The notes beneath the pieces are model-generated. The model had not been told where the DNA came from and did not search any database. It worked only from the letters and a program-made list of their open reading frames with translations. This document shows, in pieces, positions 1 to 10,900 of a DNA stretch of 64,000 bases. A program made the translations under genes and the position numbers. Position 1 is the first letter of the stretch; every line of letters begins with the position of its first letter. Source of the stretch: Kiritimatiellia bacterium (GTDB lineage Bacteria; Verrucomicrobiota; Kiritimatiellia; CAIVKH01); contig DAOLDL010000002.1 in NCBI GenBank assembly GCA_035327305.1, positions 19,334 to 83,333 of the forward strand, in the 5' to 3' direction.

Positions 1-732
1 GTCTTCCGTAATTTCCGATGAAGCTTTTTTCCAGATCGCCTTCCGCGAATTTATGGTCTCATCCTTCGGCTCCTCCTTGCCATCCGCATCAATCGCAGTC
101 AGCAGAATTGGAAAGCTTATGTAATCTGAATAATGCTTAATGATGGCTTTGATCCGCCAGGCATCAAGGTACTCATCCATTCCTTCCCGCAGTTTCAGAA
201 CAACGTCCGTGCCGAAATCGTTGCGTGTGGTCTCTTCAAGGGTGTAGGCATCGTCGCCGTTGGAAGACCATTTCAAAGCAGGTTCATCCACGCCACCACG
301 CCGGGTCACCACGGTTACTTCCTCCGCCACCATAAATGCCGAATAAAATCCGACGCCAAATCGCCCGATCATTTCCGGGTTGTTCGCGGACTTTGCATCG
401 GTCTTCAAGGAATCCAAAAACTTTCGGGTACCGGAACTGGCAATGGTGCCGATGTTTTGTTCGACTTCCTGTGCGGTCATGCCGATCCCGTTATCGGAAA
501 TCTTCAGGGTACGGTTCTTTTTATCCGCGGTGATGGTGATTCGCCACGTTTCTTCGTCGCGTTGCAGGGACTTATGCGTCAAGGCTTCGAAACGCGCACG
601 GTCAATGGCATCGGAGGCATTCGATACAAGTTCGCGAAGGAAGATTTCCTTCTTGGAGTACAGGGAATGAATGACGAGATCGAGCAACTGCCGGACCTCG
701 GTTTTGAATGGATGTTTTTGCGCAGTAGTCAT
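1..732 (-). CDS. htpG: Chaperone HtpG (Hsp90), N-terminal ATPase domain; 3' end of the gene lies beyond the window start
   Basis: The reverse complement from 732 translates MTTAQKHPFKTEVRQLLDLVIHSLYSKKEIFLRELVSNASDAIDRARFEAL..., the canonical HtpG/Hsp90 GHKL N-terminus. The reading frame stays open to position 1. The plus-strand ORF 133..744 is its antisense shadow. Confidence 0.85.
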   Translation of the reverse strand, partial: MTTAQKHPFKTEVRQLLDLVIHSLYSKKEIFLRELVSNASDAIDRARFEALTHKSLQRDEETWRITITADKKNRTLKISDNGIGMTAQEVEQNIGTIASSGTRKFLDSLKTDAKSANNPEMIGRFGVGFYSAFMVAEEVTVVTRRGGVDEPALKWSSNGDDAYTLEETTRNDFGTDVVLKLREGMDEYLDAWRIKAIIKHYSDYISFPILLTAIDADGKEEPKDETINSRKAIWKKASSEITED

Positions 733-793
733 GATTCACCTTAAAAATGGAGTTAAATTATGTATGGAATTACCACTCCGTGGCAATCAAAAA

Positions 794-2020
794 TCAAAGC
801 GTCACCGCTTCATCCAGCCGGGGGTGATTGTCCTTGAGATCCTGGCGGCTTAATCCGCGACCGCGATTGGCTTTGTCCATTTCCCAAAGCGCTTCTTTCA
901 AGGCATGAATGCAGGCCAAAACATCCCCGGTATGTGCGACTTCGGAAATCGTATGCATGTTGCGAACGGGAATTCCGACCGAAACTGCGGCGGCATCAAT
1001 ACTAGCCAGTACGGCCGCCATCGCGTCGGTTCCGGTATCACGCCCGGTCGGACTCCGCTGGCACGGAATGTTGTGTTTTCGACATACGCCGTCGATCATT
1101 CGGTTGACGTATTCGCTGGTAATTGAGCCGGACGAAAGGGTAAATCCTGCGCCGATCGTATTGGGTGTATAATGTTGCTCACCCACCCCCGGTGCGGCCT
1201 TGTAGTCGTGATCAACGTCCACACCAACCAAAATATCCGGTTTCAATAATCCAGCCAGAACACGACTCCCAAACCGTCCGATTTCCTCATACGACGCAAT
1301 CGCAAACATAACACGCATATTTTTTAATCCACCCGCTTCCGCAAGCAGTCGCCCCAACTCGGCAACGATAAAGCACCCCAGTCCGTTATCGAGATATGCG
1401 CCATAAAACGTGTTCGCCGTAAAACCGTGGCGTATTGGTCGCTTCAGAATAATGGCATCGCCTTCCTTGATTCCAGCTTTCTGAATGTCCTTTTTCGGTG
1501 TTTTGCCACAGGCTTGCAATTCAACATACAGCATTTCCGGCTTGATGCCCTTGGTGCCCGTACGCATATCAGGCGGTGCGAAGTGAATAGCTCCGATAGC
1601 TTCGACAGTTCCGCCTTCGATCACGCGGTACTCGCCGTTTGAACCCGGCTTTTCGCTGAAAATCTGGACTTCATGTCCGATCAAGGTCGAGGGAAGAAAT
1701 GAATCGCTGTTGATCCAGACCTTTCCGTCATCTCCAACCATTCGGACCTGCATACGGATTTTGTCCGCATGCCCCACCAGCATGATGGAAGTCCGGTCAT
1801 CTTCGCCGGGATGTGTATCCAGAACAATGCCGGCGTTACCCTTGAATTGATGAATATCCCAACCGGAAAGTTTGAAGCTATCGAAAGCCGGTTTGAGTAC
1901 CCCGTACGACATCGCGGCTTCCAGTCCAATGGGACTCGGCGCGGCCAGTATGCGCCGCATCCAGTCAAACTGTTCCTCGGGCATCGGACGTGTCCACGGC
2001 GCGGCTTTACTCTTTTTCAT
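794..2020 (-). CDS. M42 family metallo-aminopeptidase (FrvX/glutamyl aminopeptidase-like)
   Basis: M42 peptidase-like sequence over its full length (HADKIRMQV, GAYLDNGLG regions). The start is set at MKKSKAAPW (2020), which is preceded by AGGAGCAAACACC; the longer ORF start at 2065 has no SD. Confidence 0.8.
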   Translation of the reverse strand: MKKSKAAPWTRPMPEEQFDWMRRILAAPSPIGLEAAMSYGVLKPAFDSFKLSGWDIHQFKGNAGIVLDTHPGEDDRTSIMLVGHADKIRMQVRMVGDDGKVWINSDSFLPSTLIGHEVQIFSEKPGSNGEYRVIEGGTVEAIGAIHFAPPDMRTGTKGIKPEMLYVELQACGKTPKKDIQKAGIKEGDAIILKRPIRHGFTANTFYGAYLDNGLGCFIVAELGRLLAEAGGLKNMRVMFAIASYEEIGRFGSRVLAGLLKPDILVGVDVDHDYKAAPGVGEQHYTPNTIGAGFTLSSGSITSEYVNRMIDGVCRKHNIPCQRSPTGRDTGTDAMAAVLASIDAAAVSVGIPVRNMHTISEVAHTGDVLACIHALKEALWEMDKANRGRGLSRQDLKDNHPRLDEAVTL

Positions 2021-2093
2021 GGTGTTTGCTCCTGAAGACATTGTAAACTCGCAGTTTATTACCATGCGTTGGCATGTTCTTCAACCGACAATT

Positions 2094-3374
2094 ATGAACC
2101 ACGATCCGCTACACATAGATTTCAAGCACGTCTGGCACCCCTATACCCGCTTTTCGACCCTGCGAAATGACGGTTTGCCGGTGATCACGCGGGGCGAAGG
2201 GATTTATTTGATCGACCATAACGGCAAACGTTATGTGGACGCAATTTCATCATGGTGGTGCTGTAACCTGGGCCACGGACGCCCCGAAATCATTTCCGCC
2301 ATCCAACGGCAGGCGGCGGAACTCCAGCACAGTATTTTGGGTAATATGACCCATCCCGGCGCGATTGAACTTGCCCGAAAACTCGCAGAATTGATGCCTT
2401 CGCCGGATCGCCATGTTCTGTTTGCTTCCGATGGCGCTTCCGCCATCGAACAAGCCGTCAAAATATCCATCCAGTACCGGGCCAATACCGGCCAGACAAA
2501 CCGGCATCTGCTGGCCTGTATCGACGGCGCATATCACGGCGATACCCTGGGCGCCATGGCGCTTGGATACCTTGAACATTTTCACCTGCCATACCGAAAA
2601 CATCTGTTTCCCGTACTTCGTCTGCCGTTTCCGGAATCCGACGATTTTTCCGAGGCGTCAGCTATACTTGCCCCACATGCCAATGAGCTGACCAGTATCG
2701 TGGTCGAGCCGTTACTTCAGGGCGCTTCCGGGATGCGTATTTACAGTGCAGTTTGGTTGTCCCGGTTGGCTGATTGGTGTCGCCGGCACAATGTGTTGCT
2801 GATTCTGGATGAAATCGCCACCGGATTTGGGCGAACCGGCGCATGGTTTGCTTTTCAACATGCCGACGTCGATCCCGACATCATTTGCATTGGAAAAGGT
2901 CTTTCCGGTGGCTACCTGCCGATCAGCGCCACGATTGTTCGTGATTCCATTTATGAAACGTTTGCCGATACTCCAAACGATCACACACTTCAACACGGAC
3001 ACACCTTTTGCGGGAATCCAATTGCCGCCGCCGCATCGCTGGCCGCGTTGAAATCTTATGCTGATGGCGTTATCGAAACAATTCCAATGCTTGGAAAAAT
3101 TCTGGCTGATTGTTTCCAGCCATTGGAAAACCATCCTTCCGTAAAAGATATTCGCAGTCTGGGACTGATGACCGCAGTGGAACTTCATCCTGCCAAAACA
3201 CTGGTTGGCGAACGTTCACTACCCCATCGCATTCGCGTCGAACTCATGGAGCGCGGAATTCTGCTACGCCCGCTCGGCAATGTCATTTATGTAATGCCAC
3301 CTCTGACTACTCATGAAGTCGAGTTACGACAACTCGGTTGTACCGTGGCGGATGTAATCAGCGGGACTAAATGA
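2094..3374 (+). CDS. bioA: Adenosylmethionine-8-amino-7-oxononanoate aminotransferase (DAPA aminotransferase), class III PLP enzyme
   Basis: HVWHPYT N-terminal BioA signature, SSWWCCNLGHGRPEI, and the PLP-lysine region DEIATGFGRTG. The start is ambiguous between 2064 (MRWHV) and 2094 (MNHDPL); the ORF-track start at 1872 overlaps the divergent peptidase gene and is rejected. Confidence 0.8.
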   Translation: MNHDPLHIDFKHVWHPYTRFSTLRNDGLPVITRGEGIYLIDHNGKRYVDAISSWWCCNLGHGRPEIISAIQRQAAELQHSILGNMTHPGAIELARKLAELMPSPDRHVLFASDGASAIEQAVKISIQYRANTGQTNRHLLACIDGAYHGDTLGAMALGYLEHFHLPYRKHLFPVLRLPFPESDDFSEASAILAPHANELTSIVVEPLLQGASGMRIYSAVWLSRLADWCRRHNVLLILDEIATGFGRTGAWFAFQHADVDPDIICIGKGLSGGYLPISATIVRDSIYETFADTPNDHTLQHGHTFCGNPIAAAASLAALKSYADGVIETIPMLGKILADCFQPLENHPSVKDIRSLGLMTAVELHPAKTLVGERSLPHRIRVELMERGILLRPLGNVIYVMPPLTTHEVELRQLGCTVADVISGTK

Positions 3375-3555
3375 AATATCCTTTGTCTAAAGCAAGGATC
3401 GCACCAACTCGCCGCGCAAAAAACATGCGATTTCTTATCGTTTAACCAACCTCGCCCAGGTCTAGGCAATTCCCTGATAATGCGATCGGGATGTTGTCGC
3501 ATTGAGCATGTAAGCGTATGTTTGGTATACCAATCATCTACAGGCGACCAGCATA

Positions 3556-3819
3556 ATGAATACTCTCAAGAGTCAGGAAAGTTTTAGCCGTCTTGATGAA
3601 TTGGCGTATGATGAAAAGGCGATAGTATATTGCGTCGACGCGCCTGAATCATGTGCCTGCCGACTCCGCGCCATGGGATTGTGCGAAGGCGCTTCCATTT
3701 GTATTCTGCACACCCATGATCCCGCCATTGTAAAATGCGATGAAACACGAATGGCGATTTGCCGATCCTTGATGAAGCACATTACGGTTTGCAAGCATAC
3801 CGTTGCCGGCAAGTCATGA
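3556..3819 (+). CDS. feoA: Ferrous iron transport protein A (FeoA, SH3-like)
   Basis: 87 aa with a FeoA-like core (RLRAMGLCEGASICIL...DPAIVKCDETRMAICRSL). The stop TGA (3817-3819) overlaps the feoB ATG (3816-3818) in an ATGA arrangement. Confidence 0.75.
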   Translation: MNTLKSQESFSRLDELAYDEKAIVYCVDAPESCACRLRAMGLCEGASICILHTHDPAIVKCDETRMAICRSLMKHITVCKHTVAGKS

Positions 3820-5948
3820 ATGCAATTTCCGACCCGTTGTTACTTGATTGTGAAGGAGCAGGCCAATCACCGGCCAACAAAAACTCCGTTAAGAATATCA
3901 TCCTGATTGGAAATCCGAATTGCGGAAAAACCACCCTCTTTAATCGCCTGACCGGGATGCGGCAACGAGTCGGAAATTTTCCCGGCGTCACTGTGGAGAA
4001 GAAGATCGGCTCCATATCGCTTCACGGCACACACGCACAAATAATTGACTTGCCCGGATGTTACAATCTTTCACCACACACAGAAGACGAACAGGTCGCT
4101 TTGGACGCGCTATTCGGCCATAACAATGCACAGCCACCTGACCTTGCAGTTGCAGTCGTTGATGCGCTCAACCTGTCGCGTCATCTTCTGCTGGTCCTGC
4201 AACTGATCGACTTGGAAATTCCAGTCATTCTCGCAGTTAACCGCTGGGACTTGTTGGCCAAAAGTGGCAAATCCATCGATCTCTCGTTGTTATCGGAACG
4301 CCTGGGCATTCCAGTGATTCCCGTATCTGCCGTCACTGGATGGGGTGTGCATGAACTGAAGTCACAAATATTTAATTCCCTTTCCTCACCGAAGGCACCG
4401 CATCCGATATTATGGCCGGATTTTATCAAGAGTATATCAAATGAACTTTCCGAACGTCATCGCGGAACAAGACTTGGCTTCGCGATATGGAGACGCCTGC
4501 TTTTTAGCCGTCAATATACTCGAAGCCTGGAAAAATTAATCACCGCAGAAAATGTACAACCGACCATACAAATGGGTCGCCAGTTAATTGAACAACACGG
4601 TTATCATCCGATGGCCGCGGAAACGTTAATTCTGCGAAAACTTGCGTTCAGAATACTTGAAAACGTTGAAGTCCAATGCACCGATACGAAATATGACGCT
4701 ACGCATAAACTGGATCGCATCTTAACCCATCGGGTTTACGGGGTACTGATCTTTGCCTTGATCATGCCGATCATGTTTTTCATGTTGTTCACCCTTTCTG
4801 CTCCGGTGGTCGAATTACTGGAAATTGCCACGGAACACCTTTCAATACTGTCATCAACCATGGAGTTTTTACCGCCGTGGACAATCAGCCTTATTGCCGA
4901 TGGCATCATCGGAGGCGTTGGCGGTGTCCTGACATTTCTTCCTCAAATCATAATTCTTTTTTTCCTGATTGGTTTGTTGGAGGACTCCGGTTATATGGCG
5001 AGGGCCGCCTGTGTGATGGATCGGTGGATGAGCCGTTGCGGTTTGAACGGGAAAAGCATGGTTCCCATGTTGTCGAGTTTTGCCTGTGCTATTCCCGGTG
5101 TTATGGCCACCCGCACCATTGAACAGCCTAAAACCCGACTTACCACCATGCTGGTTACCCCGTTGATCAGTTGCTCGGCCCGATTACCGGTTTATACGCT
5201 TTTGGTCGGCGCTATAATTGTGCCCAGATATGGACATGCCGCCGGAGCCATTACACTATTTTCCCTGCATCTTCTGGGAATACTTCTGGCATTTCCCGCC
5301 GCATGGTTGTTGAATCGCAAACTTTTCAAAAGCGGACACACCCCGCTGATCCTGGAAATGCCGGACTATTCATGGCCTCGCCTTCGTGATCTGTTTCAAC
5401 GCGTTTACAACAGCGCCTTGTCTTTTGTGCGGCGCGCCGGAACACTGATTGTCCTGGTTTCCATGGTCATTTGGGCTTTGGCCTATTTTCCCGTATCCGA
5501 GAATGAAACGGAATTGGACAAGACAACGCAAATGGAAAACAGTTATCTTGGCCGCCTTGGACACTTGATTCAACCGGTATTTGCCCCGGCGGGATTTGAC
5601 TGGAAAATATCCGTGGGAGTTCTTGCAAGCTTTCCCGCCCGTGAAGTCATCGTTGCAACCATGGGCGTTCTATACCCCGCCCATGAAGGCGATGAAACAA
5701 TTTCCGCCGCATTGCGCAATGCCACATGGGCTGGAGGTGCAAAAGCCGGTCAGCCGGTTTTTACCATTCCAACGGCCGTGGCACTGCTGGTATTTATCGC
5801 CTTATGTATGCAATGCGCCGCGACATTGGTGACGATCGCCCGGGAAAGTGCGTGGCGTTGGGCGCTCGGGGTATATACTGTTTATACCGCGATTGCCTGG
5901 CTCGCCGCGGTGATTACATATCAGTCGCTGTCGGCGTTTGGCTTGTAA
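3816..5948 (+). CDS. feoB: Ferrous iron transporter FeoB (N-terminal G-domain plus membrane permease)
   Basis: G1 motif IILIGNPNCGKTTLFN about 20 aa after the chosen start. Gate and permease regions are typical of FeoB. The start is placed at the in-frame ATG 3816 that overlaps the feoA stop, rather than the upstream 3759. Confidence 0.9.
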   Translation: MNAISDPLLLDCEGAGQSPANKNSVKNIILIGNPNCGKTTLFNRLTGMRQRVGNFPGVTVEKKIGSISLHGTHAQIIDLPGCYNLSPHTEDEQVALDALFGHNNAQPPDLAVAVVDALNLSRHLLLVLQLIDLEIPVILAVNRWDLLAKSGKSIDLSLLSERLGIPVIPVSAVTGWGVHELKSQIFNSLSSPKAPHPILWPDFIKSISNELSERHRGTRLGFAIWRRLLFSRQYTRSLEKLITAENVQPTIQMGRQLIEQHGYHPMAAETLILRKLAFRILENVEVQCTDTKYDATHKLDRILTHRVYGVLIFALIMPIMFFMLFTLSAPVVELLEIATEHLSILSSTMEFLPPWTISLIADGIIGGVGGVLTFLPQIIILFFLIGLLEDSGYMARAACVMDRWMSRCGLNGKSMVPMLSSFACAIPGVMATRTIEQPKTRLTTMLVTPLISCSARLPVYTLLVGAIIVPRYGHAAGAITLFSLHLLGILLAFPAAWLLNRKLFKSGHTPLILEMPDYSWPRLRDLFQRVYNSALSFVRRAGTLIVLVSMVIWALAYFPVSENETELDKTTQMENSYLGRLGHLIQPVFAPAGFDWKISVGVLASFPAREVIVATMGVLYPAHEGDETISAALRNATWAGGAKAGQPVFTIPTAVALLVFIALCMQCAATLVTIARESAWRWALGVYTVYTAIAWLAAVITYQSLSAFGL

Positions 5949-6858
5949 TCGCACGGGCAAGACATCGGAACTCATCAACCAATCGCCCGCGTAAAGGTTC
6001 AGCCGCCGTCGCAAATGCTTGCTGATAGTCGACATATTCCCGACGGCCGCTTTCCGTTTCGATTCGAATCGGCTCCAACTGCCATGCCTGCAAATCATAC
6101 GGACTCGCCCGCATGTCAACTTCCCGGATTTGAACCGCCAGCAAAAAGCAGTCGGCGATTAAATCGCTGGAAATCCACGGATAGAACTGTTGCGCCCATT
6201 TGTACAAATCCATATTAACATGCAGGCAACCTCGTTGTTCCATATCCGTCCGCGTTTTTAATGTGGGTTGCAGTCGGTTCAAGGGTCTCGCTTCCGGTGT
6301 AAAAAAGCGGAATGCATCGTAATGTGAACACGCTATGGGCAACGATTCGACAATGCCCGCGAGCTGATCTGCGGGAAACCGCAAAGGCACACGATCATGT
6401 CTTGCCGCACCGCAACGGTACACCATGGCCCATTCGTGAAGGCCATAACATCCAAACCGGGGTGGCCGTTCCGCGGTTTTCTCCAGCAGTTCCACCACCC
6501 ACCGCACGGCATCGCAACGCCGGGAAGGAAACGTGGTGATATCAAGCTCCCAGCCATCGTCCAATGTCCTCCCCCCCTTTATTCCAGCCATAAACTCTGC
6601 CGCATTTCCGGACAATTTAACGCCAAGTCCCGGCGTCCAGCGCATTAATTGCGCCACGGAAAAAGGATAATACGTAAAAAGAAAATCCATCACCGGATGA
6701 GCAATATGCCGGGATGCCCGATCCAAATGCTCGTTGATGATCGGATTAAGTTTCTGGTGGTGGCGATCAATGCGTTCACGCCATTGCCATTCTTCCAAGG
6801 CAATTTCAACGACACGATTTATTGAATCAGATACTGGCATTTTGACTGGATTTATCAT
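5914..6858 (-). CDS. Conserved hypothetical protein (about 314 aa, no family assignable from sequence alone)
   Basis: Long ORF with a non-repetitive, globular-looking sequence (motifs FLFTYYPF, GCYGLHEWAMVYR, HYDAFRFFTPEARPLN, GCLHVNMDLYKWA). Its 3' end overlaps the feoB 3' end by 35 bp on the opposite strand, and it is divergent from gdx. Confidence 0.5.
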   Translation of the reverse strand: MINPVKMPVSDSINRVVEIALEEWQWRERIDRHHQKLNPIINEHLDRASRHIAHPVMDFLFTYYPFSVAQLMRWTPGLGVKLSGNAAEFMAGIKGGRTLDDGWELDITTFPSRRCDAVRWVVELLEKTAERPPRFGCYGLHEWAMVYRCGAARHDRVPLRFPADQLAGIVESLPIACSHYDAFRFFTPEARPLNRLQPTLKTRTDMEQRGCLHVNMDLYKWAQQFYPWISSDLIADCFLLAVQIREVDMRASPYDLQAWQLEPIRIETESGRREYVDYQQAFATAAEPLRGRLVDEFRCLARAITSQTPTATDM

Positions 6859-6899
6859 ATAGTTGACGGTTTGTGCATCGTACTATTTAGAGAACTATT

Positions 6900-7220
6900 A
6901 TGTCATGGTTTATATTAATACTTGCCGGATTGCTGGAAGTGACCTGGCCAATCGGACTGAAAATATCACAAATTCCCGGCCGTGGGTTGCAGGGGATTTT
7001 GCTGATTGTTGTCGGCATGTCGACCAGTTTGTTTTTCCTGTGGCTGGCTCAACGAACCATACCCATTGGCACTGCTTATGCCACCTGGACCGGGATCGGC
7101 GCTTCCGGCACGTTTCTGGCAGGCATTCTACTCTTTGGTGATGCCGCCTCCATGGTGCGAATTGCCGGGGTCACGCTGATTGTATCCGGTGTTGTCTTAT
7201 TAAAAATTGCCCACGGTTAA
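6900..7220 (+). CDS. gdx: SMR-family guanidinium exporter Gdx (SugE)
   Basis: 106 aa with four TM segments. MSWFILILAGLLEVTWPIGLK...GTAYATWTGIGA is near-identical in pattern to E. coli SugE/Gdx, including the conserved Glu in TM1. Confidence 0.85.
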   Translation: MSWFILILAGLLEVTWPIGLKISQIPGRGLQGILLIVVGMSTSLFFLWLAQRTIPIGTAYATWTGIGASGTFLAGILLFGDAASMVRIAGVTLIVSGVVLLKIAHG

Positions 7221-7227
7221 TCATTTC

Positions 7228-7902
7228 ATGAACGAATCATTTGATTTTTGGTATGCGATCAACAACACCGAGGTGATTGTTCGTCCCCGTCAGTCCCTGG
7301 AAACTTTCGGAACAACCACCCTGCATTACCATTTAATTTCAGAAATCATGGATTCCGTGGATCAAATACGCGTGCGCGAAGGTCGCATTCACGCTTTTCG
7401 CCCACAGATTATAACTCCGGACTCCATCGCCCAGACACTGCTGGAAGGCTTTGGCGAAGAACAAGCCGATCACTATCTAAATTGGTTGCGCGAAAATGAA
7501 AGTCACTTGGTGCTGTTGAAATATGGTTTTTCGATTAAAAAGGAAAAAATCAACGAACACATCATTACCGACAATCTGGCCAATGTGCTTGATCGGGTAA
7601 AGCAGGACGTGTCTGCAAGTACACAGCCCATGCATGCATTGATTCGTGGGGTCGACGAACCGTGGGAGGTATGCCTTCTGCAACTCATGGCAGAAGTGGT
7701 ACAGCAATCCGCCCTGTCCAATGCGCAGGACTTGCGTCATGACCCAGAAGGAATCCGCCACCGAATTGATCGGCTATTTCTTGAAGCATCGCGCGACCCG
7801 GGCCGCATTCCTGAACTTTCCAAGTTTCTGCATAAAGCCAGGCTTTTCAAGGAATACGAGGATCGCTTTTTCGCCTTGGTTCGAGCAAGCACGATTCGCT
7901 GA
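7228..7902 (+). CDS. Hypothetical protein (225 aa)
   Basis: ORF with its start at MNESFDF immediately after the gdx stop. No recognisable motif. Convergent with the SNF2 helicase gene. Confidence 0.45.
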   Translation: MNESFDFWYAINNTEVIVRPRQSLETFGTTTLHYHLISEIMDSVDQIRVREGRIHAFRPQIITPDSIAQTLLEGFGEEQADHYLNWLRENESHLVLLKYGFSIKKEKINEHIITDNLANVLDRVKQDVSASTQPMHALIRGVDEPWEVCLLQLMAEVVQQSALSNAQDLRHDPEGIRHRIDRLFLEASRDPGRIPELSKFLHKARLFKEYEDRFFALVRASTIR

Positions 7903-7921
7903 AATAGACCATAACCGCCAA

Positions 7922-10900
7922 CTACAACTCCAGAAGTTCCTGGACATCTTCCCACGACAACTTGTCCATGACCTGCTCGTCATTTTCCAACGTGGCGTCA
8001 ATGATCGCCCGCTTGCGATCCTGCATGGCAAGAACCCGCTCTTCAATAGTACCTTTGGTGATAAGCTTCACGCTGTAAACGGTTCGCTTTTGTCCTATAC
8101 GGTAAGCACGATCCGTGGCTTGAGCTTCCACGGCGGGATTCCACCAGGGATCGTAGTGAATGACCATGTCCGCTCCGGTCAGATTCAAACCAGTTCCTCC
8201 GGCCTTGAGGCTGATGAGGAAAATCGGTATCCGTCGATCCGTGTTGAAGGTATGCACGACCTGCATACGTTCCTGGGTACTGCCATCGAGATAACAATAT
8301 TGAACACCCCGGCGATCCAGTTCCGCCCGAATTAAGGTCAACATGGAAACAAACTGGCTGAACACCAGTACGCGGTGTCCGCCATCCATGGCCTCGTTGA
8401 GCAGTTCGAGAAACAATTCCATTTTAGCCGATGGATTATCGGACTGAAGTTCCAGGTTTTTCAGCAACGAAAGGTGACAGCATACCTGCCGCAATCGCAT
8501 CAACGTCTTCAGCACTTCCATGCGGGAGCGATTGAATCCCTGATCCTGGACAAGTTGCGTAAGTTTCCGTCGCGACTCATCCAGCAAGGTCCGGTAAACG
8601 GTCTGCTGATCCGTTGTCATACTGCAGAAAGCCACACGTTCGATTTTTGGCGGAAGGTCCGTCGCAACGTCTTTTTTAAGACGGCGTAGTAAAAACGGAC
8701 TCAATTTTCGCTTCAGCTTAACTTGAGCCATCTGTCCCATGTCATCACTCCGACTGATGGGAAGCTCGTAATTTCGACGAAATGTCTCGTGAGGGCCAAG
8801 GTAACCCGGCATGAGAAAATCCATGATCGACCAGAAGTCGGAAACGCCATTTTCAATCGGGGTTCCGGTCAACACCAAACGATGCTTCGCGTGAAGTCGT
8901 TTGGCCGCCAGGGCATTCTGCGTCGCCTTGTTTTTGATATGCTGGGCTTCATCGAGAATTGCCACGGAAAATTGTTGAGCCGCATATTGTTCGATATCCC
9001 GCCGCAACAACGCATAAGAAGTGACAATAATGTCGTGTTCACTTAACTCCGCCCATTTTTGGTGGCGATCGGTACCGGTCACGGTCAGCACCCGCAAATT
9101 GGGGGTGAAACGCGCCGCTTCCGCCGCCCAGTTGTCAACCAGGCTGGTCGGACACACAATCAGGGCGGGGAGATAACGCGAAGGCTCATCCTCACGCTCC
9201 AACTGAAGCCAGGCAAGCGTCTGAATGGTTTTCCCAAGTCCCATTTCGTCCGCCAGCACTCCACCGTAACCACCTTTTTCCAAAAATCGCAACCAGCTTA
9301 AACCGTCGCGTTGATATGGACGCAGTGACGCCTGCAACATCGGATGTGGATGAACCGGCTCCAACGAGACTTCGCGATTTTGCCGCCGAGCCGAGGACAA
9401 CCATTCCGGAGTCGCCTCTACGTCTATTCCATCCAACGCATCCAACGATGCTTTTACATACGAGGAGTAAATTGACGACAACCGGAAGTGACCTGCCCGA
9501 TCCGCCTCGCCGGAGGCACAATCGGCAAACACATCCTGCATGGATTCTATGGCGCCGGCGTCAAGCAGGCATGTGCGTGATCCAATTTCTATAAACGCAT
9601 CCCCCATGCGTAATGCGCGTTGAACATCATGTGCTGAAAGCTGACCACCATGCCCGTCTTCGTATTGGAACCCTACTTCAAACCAATCCGTACCGCTCTC
9701 ATGAATTTGTACAACCGGCGCAATAAAGTCAGCTTTTTCCATGAATTCAGATACCGCGCCTTGCAGATCGAGTTTCCAGCCTTCCCGGCGCAGTGCGGGC
9801 CATTCGCGACCGAGAAAATTCATGACTTCACGCGTGCCGACGATCGACGTCAGGTCATCGCCGACAATCCCTTTGAATCCGGCCCGGGCGACTCTAGCCA
9901 GACCCCGTTGTTCGGCATCCGGATTCCGCACGGTAAATCGCATAAAATCGTCGGGATCCGGATGTGCAAAATGTCCGGCGGGATCGGGGCGTGCCGCCAC
10001 GACGGAGACACCTTGATAATCAGCGTGGAGCGTGGCGGCCAACGATGCCTGGCTACCCCGAATTTGGAGGTGAAATTTTGGTTGTCCAGGTTCAATGGCA
10101 AATAAATCGCGGTTTAATTCCGAGACCACCGTCATTTCCTTTTCGATCAAAGGAAGTTCGTGGTCAAAAAATCGCAAGATCGCATCACGGGGTATTTTTA
10201 CCGGACCTTCATAAATATCCTGAAATGGAGTGGGCAAAACATGACTCAACGGCCAGAAATGACCCGCGCCATATACCCACCCATGCTTGCCTTTCACCAC
10301 ATAGAGCGGCGATTCCTTCCCGTTCACAAATGGCAACTCGGTGTGAACAGACACCACCAGTTCGCCAGTGTTCCGGTTCATATCCACGAACAGAAGAGAT
10401 TGCATGGGTGTTCCGCCGATTTTTACGGCGGAAAAGTCTGGCAAACTCAATGCCTTGCCTTCCTTGAGTTTCAGGACATTGTCGAAGTCCTGGGCCTTGA
10501 GATCGATTTTCTCCGGAACCGGTCCTTCCGCGATGTCTTCGAGCACATACATCAAGGCATCGTCATCCTTGTTCATGGCCACCGGTTTTTCCCTCGGCAT
10601 CTTATCCACCGGAGTCAGGGCTTTGCCCGTTCGGATCAAACATCGCAAAGGTACATGCCGCAAGAGTCGTGAATTACCCCAGCCTTCATCAAGAACAAGA
10701 ACCACTTCGGCCGTATCTTGTGACGGTTTATTAACCACCATGCGTTGCAAGTAAGCAGACTCATCGATCGTAGCAACACGGGCCGCCTTGACGGTTTCCT
10801 CTTTGATATTAATTTCCCGGCGTGCAATTTCGGATTCAGCACGCTTGGCCAGCACCATGCCCAGGGCGATAATGTGCGCGCAAATGATTCCGCGTTCCGT

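Noticed and set aside
133-744. 203-aa plus-strand ORF
   Set aside because: It lies exactly antisense to the clearly recognisable htpG N-terminal coding sequence on the minus strand. No homology features of its own.
1872-2093. N-terminal 74-aa extension of the bioA ORF
   Set aside because: It overlaps the divergent M42 peptidase coding region and precedes the conserved BioA N-terminus (HVWHPYT begins about 12 aa after the Met at 2094). It is treated as frame-open noise.
6859-6899. Possible guanidine riboswitch upstream of gdx
   Set aside because: The spacer is only 41 nt. No ACGR-loop twin hairpins (mini-ykkC) or ykkC/ykkC-III conserved segments were found. The only hairpin (ATAGT...ACTAT) is generic.
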